From: Leucoraja erinacea | Lineage: Eukaryota | DNA: 64,000 nt | NCBI RefSeq assembly: GCF_028641065.1 | Contig: NC_073380.1 | Coordinates: forward strand, 81,158,001 to 81,222,000 | Direction: 5' to 3' | Shown: piece after piece, positions 50,400-63,775 of the stretch | Layout: each line of letters begins with the position of its first letter | Position numbering within the stretch: the first letter of the stretch is position 1 | Made by a program: the position numbers and the translations under genes | Notes under the pieces: model-generated | Seen by the model: the letters and a program-made list of their open reading frames with translations, nothing else | What the model was told of the DNA's origin: nothing | Database searches by the model: none

Positions 50400-51400
50400 T
50401 TAGATTTTCGAGACACAGCACGTAAACAGGCCCCTCGACCCACCGAATCGCACCGACCAGCGATCACCCTGTACACTAACACTATCCCACTCGCCTCCCG
50501 GAGCCAATTAACCTATAAACCTGTACATCTTTGGAGTGTGGGAGGAAACCGGAGCACCCAGCAAAAACACCCACGTGGTCACGGGCAGGCAGCACCTGTA
50601 GTCAGTTCATAGGTTCGTAAGTTATGGGAGCAGAATTAGACCATATGGCACATCAAATGTACTCCGCCATTCAACCATGGCTGATCTATCCTTCCCTCTC
50701 AACCCCATTCACCTGCATTCTCCCCATAACCCCCAACACCGGTACTAATCAAGAATATATCAATCCCCGACAAAAAATATCCATTGACTTGGCCTCCACA
50801 GCATTTTGTGGCAAATAATTCCACAGATTTATCACTCTCTGACTAAAGAGATTCATCCTCATCCTCTTTCTATAGACACGTCTTTTGATTCCGAGGCAAT
50901 GCCCTTTGGCTCCAAACTCTCCAATGGAAATACCCTCTGCGCATCCAATCTGTACAGACTCACCCTTCTAAACCGCATCGAGCATGGGAACATTGGCGTC
51001 AACCGCTCGTTATACATTAACCCGATTATTCATGGGATCATTCTCATTAACCTACTCTGGATCCTCTACAAAGCCCGCAATCCTTCCTCAGACAAGGGGC
51101 CCAAAATTGCTTACAATATCCCAAATGCCGTCTGACCGGTGCCTTATAAAGCCTCAGCGTTACATCCCTGTTTTTATATTCCAGTCTTCTCGAAATAAAC
51201 TTGTCGCACTTGTCGCAATCGAACCCCCACGTGGTCACGGGCAGGCAGCACCTGTAGTCAGTTCATAGGCTCGTAAGTTATGGGAGCAGAATTAGACCAT
51301 TTGGCACATCAAATCTACTCAGCCATTCAACCCTGGCTGGTCTATCAGGCGCTGTAGTCTCTGACGCTGTAAACTCTACCGCTGCGCCACGGTGCCGCCC
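50400..51400 (-). mobile_element. V-SINE split by a CR1 fragment, with a ~120-bp direct repeat
   Basis: SINE 3' part 50400-50605, SINE head 51350-51400, CR1 50606-51200; 50570-50690 is repeated at 51226-51346. Confidence 0.7.
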
Positions 51401-52212
51401 TCTGTACCCGACATATTGTGTTACTTGCAGACTTTAAAAAAGAACCGCAGATGCTGGAATCTAGAGCTAAAATCGGGGGCGCTGGATGAACCTAGCTGGT
51501 CTGGCCGCATGTGAGGAGGGAATGGACAGACGATATTTCGACCGGGCCACTTCTTCTGACTCCATCTAAAGATGTGTCTCAACCTGAAACATCTGCAGAA
51601 ATGAAGAACTGCAGAAGCTGGTTTACATACAAGGATACTAAGTGCTAGCGTAACTCAGATGGTGTGGCAGCATCTATGGAGCATGTAGAAACGTTCTATG
51701 TTCATTCGCCATTTCAGATGATGCTTGACCCGCCGAGTTCTTCCAAAATGTTGTTACTGTGCGGAAATTTATATTATAAAAGAAATCCACCCAGTCAATA
51801 AGAGGATTTTTTTCTGCGCCAAAAGCTGGTTCGATCTTTCCTGCTTATATAACGTGATGAAGGCAGCCACCTCCTCCCTCTGCCTGATCAGTCACAAACC
51901 ACCCACATTTAACCAGTTCTCTCCTTCCTTTATCGCTGCTATGTTAAATTCCCCAAACCCTTGCAACATGGTTGGTGTAAGTAACTTCAGCAAAGAAATG
52001 CAGCTCCGGATCCCGACATCCCAACATAATTTTCCTGGCCACTTTATTCCAATCTTTTGACGTGAATGATGTGATAATCAGAATAATGCGAGCCAGGAGC
52101 TACTCCGCAACCACAGAAAGACTCTCCCCATATTGACTGTCGGAACGTTTACTGCACTGAACCTGGAACTGCCTCGCCGCCAACAAGATTCCCGATTCAG
52201 CCCCAAACCACC

Positions 52213-53000
52213 AGTCTTTTCACGTGAGACAGAGGTTCACAAACCCGCTAGTCTTTTCACGTGAGACAGAGGTTCACGTGCATCTTCTCCAACCTCTCTA
52301 CTGTGTCCACTGTTCCAGTTGTAGACTCCTTTATATCCGCAAGACCAAGCGCAGGCTCGGCGATCGTTTTGCTGAATACCTCCGCTCAGTCCGCCTGAAC
52401 CTACCTGATCTCCTGGTTACTAAACACTTTAACTCCCCTTCCCGTTCCAACACTCACCCTTCTGTCCTGGGCCTCCTCAGAGTGGGGGCAGTACAAATTG
52501 GAGGAGCAGCTCCTCGTATTTCGCTTGGGCAGCTTACACCCCAGCGGTATGGATATTGACTTCTCTAACTTCAAGTAACGCGTGCTTTCCTACTCTCTCC
52601 ATCCCTCCCCCTTCGTACTCTGACGAGCCTGATTGCTCCCCTGATTAAATTGTATCTATTCGTTGTCAGCTTCTCCTAGCTAACAATGTATACACATGTT
52701 GGCGGGATGTTAAGGAATGCCGGACGAGTAAACGAAAGTGTATATGTTCAGTGTCCTTGAAGTGTATTTATTACTTTTGGATCCAGGCGAGGATCTGACA
52801 TTGGATCAAATGTATACATTTGCCTTGATCTACATCCCCTTTGATGTCTCGTTTTCACACCCTACACTTCCTTATCTCCGTGTCCCTCTAACCTGACTCT
52901 CAGTCTGAAGTAGGGTCTCGACCCAAAACCTCACCCATTCCTTCTATACACAAATGCTGCATGTCCCGCTGAGTGACTCCAGCATTTTGTGTCTATCTAT
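52213..53000 (+). mobile_element. Decayed Penelope-like element (GIY-YIG remnant + terminal repeat)
   Basis: ORF 52224-52559, LYCVHCSSCRLLYIRKTKRRLGDRF. Confidence 0.8.
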
Positions 53001-53729
53001 CTGAGCTAATCCGTTGGATGAGATGTCGTTGAGCAGGAGGCCATCCCGAATGTTAATTTGTCCCTATCAGCTATGACAAAGCGCATTATTAAGGACTCTC
53101 TTAATTGTAAAGAGACTCGGTTAAAAAATAACTCACATTGTCTTCAGCTAGAATTTGAACGAACGATTTCTAATCACGTGGTGCATGAGCTCTGCACTCG
53201 GGACTCTTCCATAAACATCCAAGAAACAACTTCTACAACCTTCCAGAAAGCGTCTCCTTACAAACTGCTCACTGGTCAAAATGTCCTCACTCCCAACAAT
53301 CCCTTTAGTTCAGCAAGCACTTTTGTCCGGTAATGTTCATCGATTAACACTCTTCCCTAATGCGCACTCCGCCTGCCCCGTTCCCCTGAAACCCTACAGC
53401 CAATGTAAGGAGAAGTGAAGTGAAAATAATATCTGTCTGGGATCACAGATTCCCCGTTGGTGCAACATCGCTCGGACAGGAAGCTGCGGGGTGAAAACAG
53501 GACCTGCTTTAGGAGGGGTGACCAGAATAGGGCAGGAGTGATTGATTTGTAAATCCGGCGGACGGCTATCTTAGAGCACATTCTTGGGTGGAAAGGGCAC
53601 GCTTGAAAGTTGTAACTTGTGACTGTTTAATAAAGGATGAGAAGGGGTCAATTAAATGCAGTCGCACGTCAAATACAATTCGTATTTGCATTAATTTATG
53701 CCATGCATGTTTTTTGATTGAGGTGATCC

Positions 53730-55700
53730 ACATCTGTTCTGGACTTTATAAACTCCACCATCAACAGTGTCACCTCCCTCAAACAGGTGACCATATACCC
53801 GAATCAGAAGCCATGGATGAACAGCAAGGTCAGGCTACTGCTGAAAGCACGGGACACCGCTTTCAGGTCAGGCGATGCTCGAGCCTACAGTTCATCCAGG
53901 GCTAACCTGAAGAGGGGCATCAGGAAGGCCAAGCACTGCCATAAGCTCAGGATTGAGGAGCACTTCAACAACAACTCCGCCCCCCGACGCATGTGGTAAG
54001 GCATCCAGGCCATCACGGACTACAGACCCTCCAACATCACCCCCACATCCAGCGACGCCTCCTTCCATGAGGAGCTTAATCACTTCTATGGCCGCTTCGA
54101 CAGGGACAATCTAGAGACAGCCATCAAGGCTGTGCTACCTGCCGATCACCAACCCCTCACACTCACCCCCTACGACGTGTACGTGGCACTGAGTAGGACT
54201 AATGCACGTAAGGCTGCTGGCCCTTACGGCATCCCCGGGCGCGTGCTCAGGGCCTGTGCTGCGCAGCTGACAGACGTCTGGACTGACATCTTCAACCTGT
54301 CACTTGCCCAAGCAGTTGTCCCCACTTGCCTTAAAACCACCTCCATCATGCAAGTGCCAAAACACTCCACTGCGGCAAGCCTCAACGACTTCCGCCCAGT
54401 TGCACCTACTCCCATCATCACCAAGTGCTTCGAGAGGCTGGTCCTGGCACACCTCAAAAGCTGCCTACCACCCACAGTGGATCCCTATCAGTTTGCCTAC
54501 CGCAAGAACAGGAGTACGGAGGATGCCATCTCAACGGCACTTCACTCCGCCCTCTCCCACCTCGACAACAGAGACACTTACGTAAGAATGCTGTTCATCG
54601 ATTACAGCTCAGCATTCAACACCATTATACCATCAAAACTGATCACCAAACTCGGTAACCTGGGCATCGACCCCTCCCTCTGCAACTGGATACTGGACTT
54701 TCTAACCAACAGACCCCAGTCTGTGAGGTTAGACAAGCACACCTCTTCAACCCTCACCCTGAACACCGGCGTTCCACAGGGCTGTGTGCTGAGCCCCCTC
54801 CTCTACTCCCTCTTCACCTATGACTGCACACCTGTACATGGTACTAACACCATCATCAAGTATGCAGATGATACAACGGTGATTGGCCTCATCAGCAACA
54901 ACGATGAGCTGGCCTACAGGGAGGAGGTCCAGCACTTAGCAGCATGGTGCGCTGACAACAACCTGGCCCTTAACTCCAAGAAGACCAAGGAGCTCATTGT
55001 AGACTTCAGGAAGTCCAGAGGCGGCACGCACACCCCCATCCACATTAACGGGACGGAGGTGGAACGTGTTTCTAGCTTCAGGTTCCTGGGAGTCAACATC
55101 TCCGATGACCTCTCTTGGACCCACAATACCTCTACTCTGATCAAGAAGGCTCATCAGCGTCTCTTCTTCCTGAGGAGACTGAAGAAGGTCCATCTGTCTC
55201 CTCAGATCCTGGTGAACTTCTACCGCTGCACCATCGAGAGCATCCTTATCAACTGCATCACAGTATGGTATGGCAACTGCTCTGTCTCCGACCGGAAGGC
55301 ATTGCAGAGGGTGGTGAAAATTGCCCAACGCATCACCGGTTCCTCACTCCCCTCCATTGAGTCTGTCCAAAGCAAGCGCTGTCTGCAGAGGGCGCTCAGC
55401 ATCGCCAAGGACAGCTCTCACCCCAACCATGGACTGTTTACCCTCCTACCATCCGGGAGGCGCTACAGGTCTCTCCGTTGCCGAACCAGCAGGTCGAGGA
55501 ACAGCTTCTTCCTGGCGGCTGTCACTCTACTCAACAACGTACCTCGGTGACTGCCAATCACCACCGCCCCCCCCCGGACACTTATTATTATTTATTCAAA
55601 TCATTTGCTATATCGCTCTTCCAGGGAGATGCTAAATGCATTTCGTTGTCTCTGTACTGTACACTGACAATGACAAATTGAATCTGAATCTGAATCTGAT
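53730..55700 (+). mobile_element. 5'-truncated Rex1/Babar-clade LINE
   Basis: 472-aa RT ORF 54132-55550 ([28 protein letters not shown]); (TGAATC)n tail at 55679-55698. Confidence 0.9.
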
Positions 55701-55987
55701 CTTGAATCTTTAGAGTCAGCATGGTGAAGGTGCTCCTATGGCACTCACTTGGTTTTGACTCAAATCTGTGTGTATCACAAACACTGCGGCCATAATGCAG
55801 AGGTCACCGTGGGAGTGAAGATATCGGTGGGTTTCAAACACTTAGCTGCCAAGAATCCAGTGTTGTTGGATCTGCACTCATCCAGGCAAGTGGGGTACAT
55901 TTCATCCCACTTCTTGGAGAATGAGGGTGTACTTCATTGAAACGCTGAATAAACAAAAGGCCTGGATAGAGTGGATGTGGTGAGGAG

Positions 55988-58900
55988 GTACACAAAAAGG
56001 CTGTAGAAACTCAGCGGGTGCAGCAGCATCTATGGAGCGAAGGAAATAGGCAACGTTTCGGGCCGAAACCCTTCTTCAGACTGATAGGGAGTTGCGGGGA
56101 GAAGGAAGGAAAAAGGAGGTGCCTGAGGGCTGGGGGATGGGAGGAGACAGCCTGAGGGCTAAGGAAGGGGAGGAGACAGCAAGGGCTAGCAAAATTGGGA
56201 GAATTCAATGTTCATGCCCCCCGGATGCAGACTCCCCAAACGGAATATAAGGTGCTGTTCCTCCAATTTCCGGTGTTGCTCGCTCTGGCCATGGAGGAGA
56301 CCCAGGACAGAGAGGTCGGATTCGGAGTGGGAGGGGGAGTTGAAGTGCTGAGCCACCGGGAGGTCAGGTAGGTTCTTGTGGACCAAGCAGAGGTGTTTGG
56401 CGAAACGATCGCCCAACCTCCGCTTGGTCTCACCGATGTAGATCAGCTGACATCTAGAGCAGCGGATGCAGTAGATGAGGTTGGAGGAGATACAGGTGAA
56501 CCTCTGTCGCACCTGGAATGACTGCTTGGGTCCTTGAATGGAGTTGAGAGGGGAGGTAATGGGACAGATGTTGCATCTCTTGCGGTTGCAACTGAAAGTG
56601 CCCGGGTAGGGGGTGGTATGGGAGGGAAGGGAAGAATTGACAAGGGAGTTGCGGAGGGAGTGGTCTTTGCGGAGCGCAGACATTGGGGGTGATGGGAAGA
56701 TGTGGCGAGTGGTTGGGGTCATGTTGGAGGTGGCGGAAATGGCGGAGGATTATTGTTATTTATTTATTTTTTTATTTTTATTTATTTATTTATTTTTTTA
56801 AAATTATAAGTACAGTAAATTAAAGTAATACACATCACATATATCTGATTACATTTGTTGTACCACTTCATTTTTCGAGCTTTAAAAAAAGGTAGAAATA
56901 AAAGAAGTAAGGAAAGTGAGCAAGAATCGTGAAGGTGCGGGAAAGTGTTGAGAGAAGAAAGCCACTCAGGGAAGAAGTTAGAGAAGGAAGTAAAGAAAGA
57001 AAATAGCCCCTAGAAAGAAAAGAAAAAAAGGAAAAACAATCGCTCTATTATAACACAAAACTACGCAAAAAAGAATATACCAACCGTGTTTTTTTAATTT
57101 TTTAATTTTATACCCCCTGTTACCAGATCCTGGTACCATTTATATTTTAAATTACTATTGCACCTTATGCTTGTAATAGTTCCATAAATGCAGACCACGT
57201 CTTTTGGAAGTGGTCTGCTTTGTCTGCTAGGAGGAGTCTCATCTCTTCCAAGTGTAGTGTTTCGAACATGTTTGAAATCCACATTTTTATTGTTGGTATT
57301 GGAGCATTTTTCCAAAATTTGAGTATAAGCTTTTTTCCCATTATTAGCCTGTAATTAAGTAAGTTCTTTTGAAACACGTTTAATTCGGGGTTACCTTCCG
57401 ACATTCCAAAAATGATCCATTCTGCTTTTGATACAAGTTTTATTTTAATTAATTTTGTGAAGATTTCAAATATTTCGTTCCAGAATTTTTGGATTATTAT
57501 ACAAAAACCAAAAGAGTGCACTATGGTAGCTTCTTGTGACTGACATTTATCACAAATGGGTGAGACATTGGGGAAAAATTTATTTATTTTAGTTTCTGAA
57601 TAATATAGTCTATGTAATGTTTTAAATTGAATTAGAGTATGTCATACATTGATCGAGCATTTATGCACATATAGTGTTTATCCCAGATCTCTTTTGAATT
57701 TTTTATAGCTAGTTCTTGTTCCCAGTCTCTTCTAATACCATTGGTTGTAGGTATTTCTATATTTAAAAATATATATTTTTAAGTATGATATTAGATTTGC
57801 TGCTTCAGCCTTTGTCTTCATGGCTTCATCCAATAAGTCTGGGGGCATGTTATGATAGTCTTTTGTGTATTTTTTCAGATAGTCACGGATTTGAAGATAT
57901 TTAAAATATTGATTATTTTTCAAATTATATTTCAGTTGTAATTGTTGAAATGATAATAATTTTCCTAATTCATACAAGTCTCTGAGCGTTTTGATTCCCA
58001 TTCTTTCCCATTGTGTAAATGATTTATCTATAATTGAAGGTTTAAACAACGGGTTATTGACTATTGGCATTAAAAGAGATAGATTTCATAATTTTAGATT
58101 CTGTTTTATTTATTTCCGAGTTCTAATTGTGCCATGTATCATTGGATTTTTATTATAATTTTTGTTATTCAGATTCATTGGTGAGAGGAGAGTCGCTCCT
58201 GTATCACCAGGAGCGCAGTCCTCTCTCTCCATTACAATCCAGTCCACCTGCTGGGCAGAATTGCCCAGCAGGTGAATAATATTTTTAATATTTACTGCCC
58301 AATTATAGTACATAAAGTTAGGGAGCGCTAGACCACCCATCTCTTTTGGTTTACTGAAGTGTGCTCTTTGTATTCTGTAGGATTTATAATCCCATATAAA
58401 ATTTGTAATGTCTGAGTCTACTTTTTGAAAAACGTTTTTGGAAGATATATAGGTAATGATTGAAATAAATATAGGATTTGTGGTAAAAATATCATTTTTA
58501 TAGCATTTATTCGACCTATTAAAGACATTGGGAGCGTTTTCCAGAATTTGATTAGATTATTTAGTTTCTTAAGTAAGGGGCTATAATTGGCATTAAACAT
58601 AGCGTGATAGTTTCTAGTGATTTCAATTCCTAAATATTTAAATTTTTCTGTGGCTATTTTAAAGGGGAATTTAAAGAGATGTGTTGAGTCTTTCGGTTTT
58701 ATTGACATAATTTCACTTTTGTTCCAGTTTATTCTGTATCCTGAGAAAGATCCAAAGTCCTCAATTAGATTTAATATGTTTGGTATACTGATTTGGGGTT
58801 TTGTGATATACAGTAGTACATCGTCTGTGTATAAGGATATTTTGTTATTTGAGTATTTTGTATTATAACCGTAAATATCCGAGTGTGTTCTGACTTTTTC

Positions 58901-61847
58901 AGCTAAAGGTTCAATTACCAGAGCAAATAACAGCGGTGATAATGAACATCCTTGTCTATTGCCCCTTGATAATTGGAATTTCATAGATAGTATATTATTA
59001 GTTAATATTCTAGCCGTGGGTTTGTTATATAATAATTTTATCCATGCGATGAAGTTCTCTCCCATTTGAAATTTTTGCAATACTTTAATCATATAATCCC
59101 ATTCTACTTGATCAAACGCTTTATCTGCGTCCTATGAAATGATAGATAACTCTTGTTCTTGAGGTTTGTGAGAGTGCATTATGTTAAGCAGACGTCTCAG
59201 GTTATTAAATGAATGTCTTTTAGGTATAAATCCCGTTTGATCCTCATTTATTAATTTACTAACATATTGACTCAGTCTTCTAGCTAGTGTTTTCACTAAT
59301 ATTTTTTGATCCGTATTTAACAAAGCAATAGCTCTATATGAGTCTGGTTCTTCTATATCTTTATCTTTTTTAAGTATTAATGTGATCGTTGATTCTGCTA
59401 GTGTTACAGGTAAGATTTGTTCTTTAAAAGCGTATGTATACATTTTCTGTAGATGTGGTGTGACTATGTCGTAAAAACATTTATAAAATTAATTACTGAA
59501 TACGTCTGGTCCTGGTGTTTTTCCATTCTTAAGTGTGTTTATTGTGTCTTCTATTTCCTTAGATGTAATTTGTGCTCCCAGTTCCTCTTGTTCCTTCAGT
59601 TCTAGTTTTGGAAGGTCACAATTGTCCAAAAAGTCTGAAACTTTATTATTGTCTATTAGCGTTTTCGATGTGTATAAATTCTTGTAAAATTGAGCAAATC
59701 TTTTATTGATATCATTAGGTAGTGTTAATTCCATTCTATCTGATTTAATCTTTAAAATTGCATGATCTTTTTCCCGTTTTTTCAGTTGGCGTGCTAAAAG
59801 TTTATGGGGTTTATCCCCAAATTCGAAATGTTCTTGTTTTGTAATTTGGAATAATCTTATAACATTCTCTGACAATAATTTATTTAGCTTAAATTTCAGT
59901 ATTCAAATTTTATTATGTTTATCCATAGTTGGATCTTTAGCATTATCTATATCTAGTTGTCTGATTTGTTCTTCTAATTGTCTTTGTTCATTCTTATTCT
60001 TTTTGTTTTGAAAAGCTTGATATGAGATAATGACTCCTCTAATAAATGCTTTGAAGGATTCCCATAGTAAAGTGGGCGATATATCTGGTGGTACACAAAA
60101 TTGCTGGAGAAACTCAGCGGGTGCAGCAGCATCTATGGAGTGAAGCAAATAGGCAACGTTTCGGGCCGAAACCCTTCTTCAGACAGATTTACGGTGCATC
60201 CATACCTCAGAACTCTGGATATTTGGGGGGCGTTTATAATACTAACTTCCTTGGTAGATCCCTTTTGCGATTGTCCTTGAAAACAATATGTCACTACTAC
60301 ACATAGTAGTGACATATTGTGATTAAAAAAAAAATTGAACAAGTAAAATTACAGTGTCTGGAGTATTCAACACTGTAGTGCGTGTCCCACGCATCTGTGG
60401 GATTCGACATCTATTCGACTTCCGAAGTTGATGTTGTACAATTAGCTCCGCTCCCTTTATTACTCTAAACCAAGGAGGGCGGTACCATTTCAAAATCAAA
60501 TATATTTCACCCAATTACACTATATATATATATATATATATATATATTTCATTTAGACTTATCAGATCTGTGTTCAGCTACTGTGAAATTTATTTATCTA
60601 ACACTTTAATTTACTAATTATTTATAATTAGTTATACCTTTGATATATCTGGTGTATCATTTGTCTCAAAAAATAGGTCCATCTGTTTTTTTTAGATATA
60701 TACTCCCTTGTGGGTCTTTCAGAATTTGCGAGTTAAACCTCCAGAACGATTTGTTCGTAGACATTCCTTCTAATTTTAAAACAAAAGTTAGCGGGGAGTG
60801 ATCTGAAATCGTATTGATGTGATATTTAGGGTTCATAGTATAAGGGATTAGTTTTGTATCCACTAGGAAGTGAGTATGTTTTGTTTACCATTGAATAAAA
60901 TGAGTATTCCCTTCCAGTCGGATTCGCGATCCTCCAGACGTCTGCTATATTTGTATTTTTTATATATGTATTTAAGAGTTCACTAGTTTTAGATTTCATA
61001 TTACCTCTTTGTTTTTGCATCGATTTATCTAAGTACGGATCTAAAACACAGTTGAAGTCTCCTCCAATTATAACGTTTTGGTAGTTAAATTCTGCGATTA
61101 TATTCAGGATTTTATTAAAAAATTGAGGAGAATCAAAATTGGGCTCATATATGTTTACCAAAGTGATTGGCATAGCATGGATCTCTCCTGTAACTATAAG
61201 ATATCTCCCTTCCTTATCTGATATAGTGTTCTTTGATTTGAATGGTATTCCTTTGCGAATAATAATTGGATTTCTGGATTTCGAAGTATATGAGGAGTGA
61301 AATGTTTGGCCTATCCAATTCGCCCTCAATCTCCTCTGATCTTGATGTTTAAGGTGCGTTTCTTGTAGAAAAGTAATGTCCGTGTTATATGATTTCAACT
61401 GAGCTAGTATTTTGCTCCTTTTAATTGGTTCATTAATACCCCTTATATTCCAGCTACACCGTGTGATTCCTCCCATTTTCTTTTGTTTATCATCTTGCAT
61501 TTTCTCTGATTTTAATATCCTTATTTATTACAGTGCATCCATACCTCAGGACTCTGGATATTTGGGGGGCGTTTATAATACTAACTTCCTTGGTAGATCC
61601 CTTTTGCGATTGTCCGTGAAAAAAAAAAACACATAGTAGTGACATATTGTGATTAAAAAAAGAATTGAACAAGTAAAATTACAGTGTCTGGAGTATTCGA
61701 CACTGTAGTGCGTGGCCCACGCATCTGTGAGATTCGACATCTATTCGACTTCCGAAATTGATGTTGTACAATTAGCTCCGCGCCCTTTATTACTCTAAAC
61801 CTAGGAGGGCGGTACCATTTCAAAATCAATTATATTTCACCCAATGA

Positions 61848-61883
<36 letters not shown>

Positions 61884-62885
61884 TTTAGACTTATCAAATC
61901 TGTGTTCAGCTACTGTGAAATTTATTTATCTAACACTTTCATTTACTAATTATTTATAATTAATTATACCTTTGATAATAGTAAGCTGTTAGCTGTAAGG
62001 GTTAACCAGAAAGAGGCTCCTGGAATTATGCCAGGTGCCTGAGTCTCCTCCCTTCCCCACACAAACTACTTGGCACTTAAACTTTCAGTATTATCTACTT
62101 TAATTCTAAAATTTGTTATCTCTATATACGAGCTAGTCAGTCTTTTTTAGCACATTATTACATTTTGTCCATTATATAGTTCAGGTTAGTTTCCATTTAT
62201 ATTTCTATATTAGCATTGATAATTATTGTTAATTCTCTATATTTTGTAAAGCTATTTTAAGATCTTAAACCGCTATTTGTCCTTGTGATGTTTTCCACAT
62301 TCGGCTCTGCTGTTCGTCTCTGTGTTGCTTATCAGTCTTTCCTTCATTTTGAACAAAGAATGTCCTTGAGTTGAATTCCAAAGCGTCCAAAGGAGATGAG
62401 GTGTCTAGACCAGCGCACATGGAAATGCTCTTCCATTTTAAACTTTTAGAGAATGGTGTTTCTTCCCTTATCTTCGGGTGTTCTCTGTGAAGTAATAAAA
62501 GGAAATAATTTGTCCATATCATACCCTGCCTTGATTAAACGGAGGATTATTTGTTGTATGTGACGGCTGGTGGGGCGAATGGTGAGGACTAGGGGGCTCT
62601 GCCCTTGTTGCGAGTGTGGGGATGGGGAGAGAGAGCAGTGTTGCGGGGTATGGAAGAGACCCTGGTGCGAGCCTCATCTATGGTGGAGGAGGGGAACCCC
62701 CGTTCCCTGAAGAATGAGGACATTTCAGATGCCCTGGTGTGGAACGCCTCATCCTGGGAGTAGATGCGGAGTAGACGGAGGAATTGGGAGTAGGGGATGG
62801 AGTCCTTATAGGAAGTAGGGTGGGAAGAAGTGTAGTCCAGATAGCCATGGGAGTCAGTGGGTTTATATGATAGCCATGGGGAAAT
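55988..62885 (-). mobile_element. Penelope-like element split by an L1 insertion
   Basis: RT C-terminus (YKPTDSHGYLDYTSSHP...IPYSQFLRL) at 62590-62870; GIY-YIG (IYCIRC..YIGET..R) at 56186-56722; terminal repeat 55988-56085. Confidence 0.9.
56755..62539 (-). mobile_element. Decayed L1 LINE, 5'-truncated
   Basis: Endonuclease 60826-61500 (SWNIRG, LQETH, GGDFN), RT 58418-59443 (QGCSLSP, YTDD), Cys/His knuckle near 57510-57560, A-rich tail 56755-56800, 12-bp TSD CGGAGGATTATT. Confidence 0.93.
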
Positions 62886-63190
62886 GATGTGGAGAGGATG
62901 TTTCCACTCGTGGGTGAGTCTCGGACCAGAGGGTACAACCTCAGAATAAAATGGCGTACCTTTAGAAGGGAGATGAGGAGGAAATTCTTTAGTGGCCACA
63001 TATGTTTTCTCCGGGTACTCCAGTGGTGAATCTGCGGAATTCATTGCCACAGACGGCTGCGGAAGCCGTCATTGGATATTTTTAAAGCAGAGCTTGACAT
63101 ATTCTTGATTAGTAAGGGTGTCAAAGGTTATGCGGGAGAAGGCAGGAGAATGGTTTTGAGAAGGATAGATACATCCGCCATGATTGAATC
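62886..63190 (+). mobile_element. CR1 3' end, the second half of the element begun at about 55860-55986
   Basis: CR1 consensus GGATAGAGTGGATGTGGAGAGGATGTTTCC is split with a duplicated GATGTGGWGAGGA. Confidence 0.75.
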
Positions 63191-63315
63191 ATTTTCCGTG
63201 CTTGTTTCACATTTTGAACATCTGCGTTTACCTTAGACGGAGATTTGCATGCACCACACCTGTTAATTGTTTTTGAACAAGTTAAACGAGCACAATGGAT
63301 AACATTGGTATGTTG

Positions 63316-63354
63316 AGTTTATGTACTGGTTCCTCGTCGCTGTCGGCCACCGTG
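63316..63354 (-). promoter_or_regulatory. 23-bp-spacer RSS of the distal V
   Basis: On - strand: CACGGTG (63354-48) + 23 nt + ACATAAACT (63324-16). Confidence 0.93.
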
Positions 63355-63662
63355 TTGCCAGTAAGCACAGTAATATGTACCAGCATCGTTCGCCCGGATG
63401 GTCTTCAAGATCAGAGTGCACGATTGAGTCTCAATAACTTTTTCAACAAATAACCTTTGGTCGGTCACGTCCTTCTGTTGGTCCGATGGCGTTTTAAAAT
63501 ACAGCAGCCGCTGCAGCCCTTCTCCCTGCCTCTGCCGGTACCAATGTATAACAGCTCCGCTGAACGCTATGTTTTTTACTTCACAGTGAAAGCGCACAGA
63601 TTTTGTGGCATCTTTGGTGATCGATAACTGGGACTGTATCAATGTTTGAGGCGCCGATTTAC
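63355..63662 (-). CDS. TRGV: TRG V exon, KSAPQTLIQSQLSITKDATKSVRFHCEVKNIAFSGAVIHWYRQRQGEGLQRLLYF...CTLILKTIRANDAGTYYCAYWQ
   Basis: Pyrimidine tract plus cagcag acceptor (NAGNAG, alternative start 63665), phase 1; V-set motifs, IHWY, YYCAYW; abuts the 23-RSS. Confidence 0.95.
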
Positions 63663-63775
63663 CTGCTGGGAAGGGGGGGGGGGGGGGAGAGAGAAAAGCA
63701 CAAAGTTATCGAACTATTTCATAAGGGGACAGCGAAAGGCTCATGAAAATTGGCGTTAACATTCATACTACTGAC

